Virus record (IMG/VR): IMGVR_UViG_3300028731_000007
Span: 6,062-70,061 of that record
DNA from: a virus
Direction: 5' to 3' (one strand)
DNA: 64,000 nucleotides
Below the pieces are notes generated by a model. It searched no databases, had not been told where the DNA came from, and was given only the letters and a program-made list of their open reading frames with translations. Both the position numbers and the translations under genes were made by a program. Below, piece after piece: positions 58,071 through 64,000 of the stretch (positions are counted from its first letter, which is position 1; every line of letters starts with the position of its first letter).

Positions 58071-58105
58071 TGTTGAGACTCCAATCAACTTAGTAAAATC
58101 GCTGA

Positions 58106-58360
58106 TTAATCTTTATACGCACAATATAGAAAACGAACGTTGCGATTTTTCGGCGTACCATCTTTATTTTCTAGACGCTCAGCTAACAAGGTGTAATCTG
58201 AATTATCGATATCAAAAGGAACATCAATGTAGATGCAACCCATGTAGTCAACATAACCACTATTCTCCGCAGGTCCGCACTCGATCCAGCTCAGGTTCCT
58301 GAGTTCTAACCAGGAAATTAGGTCAAGCCTAGGCTTATACTTGTTGTATTTAGCTTCCAA
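58106..58360 (-). CDS. Hypothetical protein
   Basis: ORF filling the gap; start uncertain. Confidence 0.55.
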   Translation of the reverse strand: MEAKYNKYKPRLDLISWLELRNLSWIECGPAENSGYVDYMGCIYIDVPFDIDNSDYTLLAERLENKDGTPKNRNVRFLYCAYKD

Positions 58361-58414
58361 AATACAGGGGAGCGCGCAACCAAACTAGTTATTCTAAAAT
58401 TGCGAACCCGAGAT

Positions 58415-58450
58415 AAAAAAGAAAAAGGGTGGAATTTTTAGTTCCACCCT
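58415..58450 (-). terminator. Intrinsic terminator
   Basis: AGGGTGGAA...TTCCACCCT followed by TTTTCTTTTTT on the minus strand. Confidence 0.85.
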
Positions 58451-58474
58451 CCTTTACCACACAATAATTAAGAG

Positions 58475-59371
58475 TTATTCATTTATCAACGTTTTCGACC
58501 AAACCTTAAGTTCCTCTTCTTCGTCATAGTCTTCATCCGCAGCTTCGTCATCTTCATCTTCGTCAGTATCTAGTCCTTCGGCATGAAGAATGTCGGTCAT
58601 CGGGTTACACAGCAATTCTTCACCGATAACAGAGAAATCATTAACCAACTGTGACACACCTTCGTATTCAGTAATCAGTTCTTGGGTACCGAACAAGGTG
58701 GCATAAATATGCTGTTCGGGTGGCATGAAATTCGGACCTTTCTCGACTTTGCCTGTTGCCTCGTTCTTGATAGGCAACCCGTTCTCGTCGAGCTTGGTAA
58801 AGTTCGAACCCATAATACAGGCCAGCATAGACTCCAAAGGAATACCATACTTCAGACTTTCGCTGCGGATGTAGACTACCATGTCACCGAGCCAATCGCC
58901 CAAGGCTACAAGTATCTGGCGCTCGACTTCTGTGGTGCCATCGTCATTGAATTGGAAGCCTGTGCTCTTGTCATGCAGGTAGGCTTTCATGAATGTCTCT
59001 GCCGTGGCCTTAGCACGTTTCGCCGACACGCCGTTGCTGGTCGCCAAATTAGTTACGTCTTGCTCGGTGATGTCCACATTTTCATGTGATGCACGACGGG
59101 CCTGCATCAGGGCTAGAATTTCATGACCCTCGCTGATCTCATCGCTAAGTACACCAAGAAACTTTTGAAGTCTGGCTTCCGGGGGCTCGTTCAGGTATTC
59201 GTCCTTGATCGTCGGGCTTTCGTTGATTGGCAGCGTGTACATTGTGTTCATGCGGACAATGCACCAGGGGAAATACTGGCCGAAAGACAGACCGGTGGCC
59301 TGGAATTCATTGGCCGACGAGCCAACGACGTGGTGATAGGTTTTCAGATCCATGCTATTAATGTTTGTCAT
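58475..59371 (-). CDS. MazG-like nucleotide pyrophosphohydrolase (DR2231/PRA-PH-like) with acidic tail
   Basis: DEISE, LGDWLGDMVVY, IMGSNFTKL...G.PI....GKVEKGPNF. Confidence 0.8.
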   Translation of the reverse strand: MTNINSMDLKTYHHVVGSSANEFQATGLSFGQYFPWCIVRMNTMYTLPINESPTIKDEYLNEPPEARLQKFLGVLSDEISEGHEILALMQARRASHENVDITEQDVTNLATSNGVSAKRAKATAETFMKAYLHDKSTGFQFNDDGTTEVERQILVALGDWLGDMVVYIRSESLKYGIPLESMLACIMGSNFTKLDENGLPIKNEATGKVEKGPNFMPPEQHIYATLFGTQELITEYEGVSQLVNDFSVIGEELLCNPMTDILHAEGLDTDEDEDDEAADEDYDEEEELKVWSKTLINE

Positions 59372-59433
59372 CTTTGTTTCTCTTGTTGGGAAGGGTGATT
59401 GGTACTCTAACTTTCTTGCTGCTGGTTATAAGA

Positions 59434-59676
59434 CTAAGATTGAATATTCGCAGTTACGTAGTCGATAACCTCTTGAACATTACTGAACTTTTCTGCCTCC
59501 TCGTTATTGACCTCTAGTTCGAATTCATCCTCAATAGCTATCAAAAGTTCGAGCTCGTCTAGGCTGTCGATACCCAAGTCATTGACGAAGTTTGAGGTTG
59601 GAAGAACTTCATAGATAGCTAGTCCTAGCTGTTCAGCTACGATGTTGATGACCCGATCCTGAATACTAGTTTCCAT
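59434..59676 (-). CDS. acpP: Acyl carrier protein
   Basis: 80 aa, acidic; DLGIDSLD phosphopantetheine site; ELLIAIEDEF...V.EVIDYV. Confidence 0.92.
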   Translation of the reverse strand: METSIQDRVINIVAEQLGLAIYEVLPTSNFVNDLGIDSLDELELLIAIEDEFELEVNNEEAEKFSNVQEVIDYVTANIQS

Positions 59677-59736
59677 TTGTTTATCCTTTAGTTGACTTTA
59701 TTTACTAGGTGTCCTATGCATCAATCAGTTTCGCAC

Positions 59737-60054
59737 TTAGGCTGTCGATACCCAGGTTGCTGCAGTCTTCATATCGGCTAGGTCCTGGCCGGTGAAACCT
59801 CCTATCTGGATTGGAATCGTCCCTGTAAGTCCACTGAATGTTATGGTCTGTAGTTGTTGAATTTTCAAATGCTTAACTTCGGCTACAGATTTCCCGTCTT
59901 TCAAAAATACAAGGTTAACAACCGGCTCGTCATTAACTTCAGACTGACGATACTGGACGCTCAAGCTATCGAACGATATTTGCATTTTGGATTTCAACTC
60001 AGATTCGGCTGAAAGTTGAGCTAGTCCTGCTCCGGTTATAGTCGGGGATATCAT
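59737..60054 (-). CDS. Hypothetical protein
   Basis: ATGA-type overlap. Confidence 0.65.
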   Translation of the reverse strand: MISPTITGAGLAQLSAESELKSKMQISFDSLSVQYRQSEVNDEPVVNLVFLKDGKSVAEVKHLKIQQLQTITFSGLTGTIPIQIGGFTGQDLADMKTAATWVSTA

Positions 60055-60494
60055 AGTATTTGTCCATGTCTGGCAAAGAAATGCTCTACGCGGTTGAGCC
60101 AGACTTGACGATCTGACAAATGATTTGGTTGGTCGTTGTCGGCAATCTTAATCGCGGTTCGTTCCCCCGCAATCCCGCGAATACCAAACAAAATAGTAGT
60201 CTCTACTAGACTTATTTTGAAAACGCAGGCTAGTGCTTCAAAACCGGATAAATACTCACCATTAACTATGCAATAAGGTTTCCCCCGAACATGTCGTTTA
60301 AGTCCACGATCATTAAACAAGGGATTAACTGCAAGTGTACCAGCGGCACAGGCCAAGGTGCGACACGGGTCAACCATGTGGGGCTGACACCATTTCTCTA
60401 GGTCGATATCCTCGTCAGATGTAGTCTTGATTAGGGCATAAGCATCTCGAAACAAATCCCAGTCAATGTCCTCAGTATCGCGATAATCTTTCAT
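60051..60494 (-). CDS. Hypothetical protein
   Basis: C.TLACAAG motif; AAGGA RBS. Confidence 0.7.
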   Translation of the reverse strand: MKDYRDTEDIDWDLFRDAYALIKTTSDEDIDLEKWCQPHMVDPCRTLACAAGTLAVNPLFNDRGLKRHVRGKPYCIVNGEYLSGFEALACVFKISLVETTILFGIRGIAGERTAIKIADNDQPNHLSDRQVWLNRVEHFFARHGQIL

Positions 60495-60506
60495 GTCAAA
60501 TATCCT

Positions 60507-60785
60507 TTAAACAATATTTAGATTCAAATCTCTGATACGTAAGTTTACCAGTTGCTTGTTCACCTCGGATACTAAATCTTTGACCCTTGATTCCGGAGTA
60601 AACAATTTTTCGTCAATCGGGACTTGAAGTTCGCGCTCTACGGTAAGAGCTAGGTCCAGAATATGGAGAGCATCCAAACCCAAACTCTTGAATGTAGAAT
60701 CCAGTGTGGCTGCGGAAACACCGAATGCTATGCCAGCCACGGTGTCAAACACGTAGGCTGCAAGTTCTTGATTGGTCATGACCAT
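60507..60785 (-). CDS. ACP-like protein lacking the phosphopantetheinylated Ser
   Basis: SLGLDALHILDLALTVERELQVPI aligns to [24 protein letters not shown], with Ala at the Ser position. Confidence 0.7.
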   Translation of the reverse strand: MVMTNQELAAYVFDTVAGIAFGVSAATLDSTFKSLGLDALHILDLALTVERELQVPIDEKLFTPESRVKDLVSEVNKQLVNLRIRDLNLNIV

Positions 60786-61117
60786 TCCTTAGTCATTATT
60801 ACGCTGGGGTTTCTTCCCCACCCGTTATAACAGTCTTCAATAATTGCTGTTTTTACGTCGATCCACGCTTTCGACCAGTCCCAAGCAATACCATAAGCTT
60901 TAACTGTGTCTCCGGTGTAGAAGCCGGAAGTCACCACACCAGTTATGTCCAAAGAGTAGTCATAATTCTCGGGACACAAATTAGAAAAACGCAGGACCTC
61001 GATTTCTGAATAGTTGGTCTCTGACGGATTAGAGTACACATAAACTAAAGAAAACGAGTTGACTCCATTTTCAGTAGTCTTTATGAGATGAACATCGGTG
61101 TACTGAATTGATAACAT
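60776..61117 (-). CDS. Hypothetical protein
   Basis: Operon packing. Confidence 0.65.
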   Translation of the reverse strand: MLSIQYTDVHLIKTTENGVNSFSLVYVYSNPSETNYSEIEVLRFSNLCPENYDYSLDITGVVTSGFYTGDTVKAYGIAWDWSKAWIDVKTAIIEDCYNGWGRNPSVIMTKEWS

Positions 61118-61119
61118 GA

Positions 61120-61371
61120 TCAGTCTTTGTCCTTACCTTCAATCAGTTTGAAATTCAGATCCGGATCGTCAACTAAATTCTTGATTGCTGCAGATACCCG
61201 TCCAGCTTTCTCAAAAGGAATGGTAATACCGTTACGACCTATTTTCCAGTCATCCGGTTCTTTCTTAGTCTTGTAGATTTGGCGGATTGAAATACGCTTG
61301 GATCCATCTTCGAATTTGATGGCCTCGATTCTGAGTCCCGAACTCGGCGTTATTGCAAGTATTTTTGCCAT
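61120..61371 (-). CDS. PC4-like ssDNA-binding protein
   Basis: ISIRQIY....DDWKIGRNGITIP typical of the PC4/p15 fold. Confidence 0.75.
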   Translation of the reverse strand: MAKILAITPSSGLRIEAIKFEDGSKRISIRQIYKTKKEPDDWKIGRNGITIPFEKAGRVSAAIKNLVDDPDLNFKLIEGKDKD

Positions 61372-61431
61372 GGTTGTTTTCTCTATTTCTAATTTTGAAC
61401 TAAACCCGATAGAACTCAGCTAAAGGTTTAC

Positions 61432-61623
61432 CTACGAGTTAGGAGGTCTTTGCTCCTTAACTTTTAAGGCTCCCGGTCCCGCGTACTCGGCGCGGCCGGG
61501 TAGAGACTCCCAAGAGTTACCGTTCCTGATGGGCTCATACTCGCTCCAGTACCAGCTATCCTGGTCGTACTGGAATAGCCATTCAGCCCAATTCGGGGCA
61601 TTAGTCCAACTTGGTTTGTCCAT
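61432..61623 (-). CDS. Small Trp-rich hypothetical protein
   Basis: PSWTNAPNWAEWL...WYWSEYEP; GGAG RBS. Confidence 0.7.
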   Translation of the reverse strand: MDKPSWTNAPNWAEWLFQYDQDSWYWSEYEPIRNGNSWESLPGRAEYAGPGALKVKEQRPPNS

Positions 61624-61651
61624 AAAATTCTCCGTAACGTTGAGGCTATGC

Positions 61652-62101
61652 TCAGACCAGGATATGGTTGTTATATCTATGTCGCAAGTAGGCTTCGCGA
61701 CCGAAGGTCTCCATAGGTGCCCGCTGTTTTACTAAAGATTCATCAATCAGCACATAACAGGAGTCAATGACAGCCGTGCTTGGAATGGAAAATCCGTTAG
61801 AAGCCTTCAACCCGATGTTCCATACTAAGGCTTGATCGCCATAAGTGTCAAATCCTAATTTGGTGTGAGCATAAATAGGCTGGGCCTCGGGTGCGGATGA
61901 GGGAAACCTAAAATCTTGTTGGTGCTTAGGCACCTTCAACACACGTTCTGTTTCTACTACCTTGATGTAGTTAAGGTGCTTGATTACCGGATACGGCAGA
62001 CTATAGTGATGGACAATAGCCGGAACTCCGGATCCATCTAGTATCATCACGTGCTGTTCGTTACTCAATAGTTGCACGACTTCGGAAGTGTGTGAAATCA
62101 T
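61652..62101 (-). CDS. Hypothetical protein
   Basis: ORF in operon. Confidence 0.65.
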   Translation of the reverse strand: MISHTSEVVQLLSNEQHVMILDGSGVPAIVHHYSLPYPVIKHLNYIKVVETERVLKVPKHQQDFRFPSSAPEAQPIYAHTKLGFDTYGDQALVWNIGLKASNGFSIPSTAVIDSCYVLIDESLVKQRAPMETFGREAYLRHRYNNHILV

Positions 62102-62107
62102 AGCTGT

Positions 62108-62506
62108 CTAGTTATTGATGAACTTCATTGCTCGCATACGGGCATGCATAGCTTGGCGGAAAACATTTGGGCTTACATCATCCCCGTAAGTTGGCCATTG
62201 ACAACCGAGAAAGAAATGAGCAAAAGCATCTAGTAAGCAATCTACAGTCTCTGTATCTTCTCCGTAATAAGCTAGTTTGATTCGTGCATGAGGATATAAG
62301 CTTATAATACCTCGCATCTGGACTTCCGTCAGATTAAGTCCTACATTTTCCTGGAAAGTCTCGGATGCAAAAACAATATCAGCAGTACTTAATTCTACAT
62401 TACGATTGTCGAATAAGAAACTATTGATATTCCGGGTTATGTTGAGGAGAACACTAATCTCTTCCTCAGCCTCGTATAAAACTTGGTCAACCGGAATATC
62501 AAACAT
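62108..62506 (-). CDS. Hypothetical protein
   Basis: AAGGAACAAGATCATG leader. Confidence 0.7.
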   Translation of the reverse strand: MFDIPVDQVLYEAEEEISVLLNITRNINSFLFDNRNVELSTADIVFASETFQENVGLNLTEVQMRGIISLYPHARIKLAYYGEDTETVDCLLDAFAHFFLGCQWPTYGDDVSPNVFRQAMHARMRAMKFINN

Positions 62507-62576
62507 GATCTTGTTCCTTATTTACGTTGTGTATTAACTAAGCAGACAGCTAAAACTAATGATGACTAGTTTGATT

Positions 62577-63269
62577 TCAAGCCTCAATCAACAGCTTCAG
62601 TAAGGTATCGCGCTCCCAGAGCCAATGAGATTCAGCTGAATTGGCTGACAGTGCTAACTCTGCTGATGACCATACTGCTGACCAGTAGGCTGAAAGTGCT
62701 GATGACCATACTGCTGAACCTGTTACTGACCAGTAGGCTGCTGACAGTGCTGAATCTGCTGCTGACCGGACGATATCGAAAGAACCTGCTGCCCGTGCTG
62801 AATGTGCTGCTTCTTTACGCTGGTCCTCCGTAGCTGTTCCCTCAATCTTTGCCCTGCAATAGTTGATAATCAACTGGAGGGCATCTAGACACTGGACAGC
62901 GTAGTCCTCTTTGTTATCTTTTAAGGCCTCCAGCTGCCGTTCGTGACGGGCAACTGCTAATTTCCATTGGACAGGCTCCAAATCCTTCCCTATGGGGATT
63001 GCCTCCAATAAGTCAGTACCAAATTGAGGAGCCTCTATAGCTGGCAAGCCTTCAAAAATAGAGTCAGCCAAATGTGCTAGCCATTGAGGCCTGATTTGTT
63101 TGGCAAAAGATTCATGATTGTATTCGTTCATTGTACAGCCGATAAAACAGCCACGTCCCCCTGAAAAACCCGTACCTTGGAGTACTTCATCAGCGACACG
63201 GTGTTGATCAAAACGCGCTTGAAACATTTCTTTTACTTTGGGATCGTTTTGATAAGAAAGAATGGTCAT
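62577..63269 (-). CDS. Hypothetical protein with SAAxWS-type repeats
   Basis: AAGGAACAAGATCATG leader; repeated SAAYWS/SAVWSS units. Confidence 0.75.
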   Translation of the reverse strand: MTILSYQNDPKVKEMFQARFDQHRVADEVLQGTGFSGGRGCFIGCTMNEYNHESFAKQIRPQWLAHLADSIFEGLPAIEAPQFGTDLLEAIPIGKDLEPVQWKLAVARHERQLEALKDNKEDYAVQCLDALQLIINYCRAKIEGTATEDQRKEAAHSARAAGSFDIVRSAADSALSAAYWSVTGSAVWSSALSAYWSAVWSSAELALSANSAESHWLWERDTLLKLLIEA

Positions 63270-63321
63270 GATCTTGTTCCTTTAGTTGGGTTGTTGGTTC
63301 ACGCTTCAGTGCAGTGATTCC

Positions 63322-63350
63322 AGTATAATACAGATTGAAGCTGGTGCCAA
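63322..63350 (-). promoter_or_regulatory. Sigma70-type promoter
   Basis: TTGGCA-N17-TATACT on the minus strand, ~50 nt before ATG 63269. Confidence 0.6.
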
Positions 63351-63358
63351 CAATTATT

Positions 63359-63811
63359 TTAAATTACGCCAGCGTCCATTAGAGGTGGACGAGTCGCGAA
63401 CACTCTGTGATTAAGATTAGGGTTCATCAGGCTCAACGTCACTTTTAACACTGGTCGCTGATCAGGGTACATTTCATCAATAAACAGAATGTGAGAAATG
63501 TGCATATTCGGAATGTGATGCTTCAAGTCCAGCACGTTCATAAACAAAACTTTACGAGCGGTTAAGCGTTGTTCCTTCAGTGAATTCACAGTGAATCGCC
63601 ACAAATTGTGCATAGCCCTTGGTGCAACCACAATTATAGGTGACGACCGGTCAACCGGTACTTGACTCTCTAACGCGTCCAAGACAGCTAGGAAACGAGC
63701 CTCACGTTCGGGCGGTGAACCCAGTTCGTGACCAGCGAATCGCGTGGTATTGTTAGCTAGTTTCTCGATTTCCTGGTCCGTGAGCTTTCGTGGATCTTTG
63801 TTTGAGTTCAT
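63359..63811 (-). CDS. Hypothetical protein
   Basis: GAGGA RBS. Confidence 0.7.
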   Translation of the reverse strand: MNSNKDPRKLTDQEIEKLANNTTRFAGHELGSPPEREARFLAVLDALESQVPVDRSSPIIVVAPRAMHNLWRFTVNSLKEQRLTARKVLFMNVLDLKHHIPNMHISHILFIDEMYPDQRPVLKVTLSLMNPNLNHRVFATRPPLMDAGVI

Positions 63812-63999
63812 GCAGGTTCCTCGTTTCCTTTGTGCTTGTGTTGTTGATTGCTTGCTCGTGTTCGGTGTTTGAGTTTAAGCCAAATCCTGAACATAGGATA
63901 ACACAAGATCACTATTAAAGAGGCTTGACCCAAGCCATACATAAAGGCTAGAACTAAACTGAGCTTCGGGTACATTGGAGCACCGCAGATGCTGGCCGT
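63808..63999 (-). CDS. 3' part of a membrane protein truncated by the window end
   Basis: Open frame TASICGAPMYPKLSLVLAFMYGLGQASLIVILCYPMFRIW...EEPA*, with TGA overlapping ATG 63811. Confidence 0.55.
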   Translation of the reverse strand, partial: TASICGAPMYPKLSLVLAFMYGLGQASLIVILCYPMFRIWLKLKHRTRASNQQHKHKGNEEPA

Positions 64000-64000
64000 C

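Overview
This is a 64 kb, gene-dense segment of a large (probably jumbo) contractile-tailed dsDNA phage genome. No host chromosome signature, rRNA, tRNA, CRISPR array or integrase was seen. Layout: (i) 201-5644 (-): two paralogous tail fibres plus a six-repeat propeller-like protein; (ii) 5716-22664 (+): replication/recombination module with bacterial-type parts (Cas4-like nuclease, gamma/tau clamp loader, SbcC/Rad50 ATPase, beta-clamp-like protein, UvsY-like, UvsW-like helicase, DnaC-like, a stop-interrupted Dam-like methylase, DnaB); (iii) 22812-54215 (-): morphogenesis (papain-like protease, intact Dam-like methylase, tail tube, sheath, major capsid, scaffold, prohead protease, a 1552-aa SNF2-type helicase, HNH, neck proteins), with a free-standing endonuclease behind the capsid gene; (iv) 54360-64000 (-): accessory genes (dCMP deaminase, NUDIX, homospermidine synthase, MazG-like pyrophosphatase, a canonical and a Ser-less acyl carrier protein, PC4-like protein, small hypotheticals). 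The most striking unexplained signal is a short peptide, [V/I/L/T]-x-A-A-x-R-[L/I]-x-A. It is shared by 12 otherwise unrelated proteins, including homospermidine synthase, the NUDIX hydrolase and a GNAT-like protein. I interpret it (inference) as a capsid-loading or maturation tag for an internal cargo set. Two recurrent intergenic motifs (AGTAAATA; AATTTWAY) look like two phage promoter classes. All product calls come from motif recognition by eye; no database search was run.
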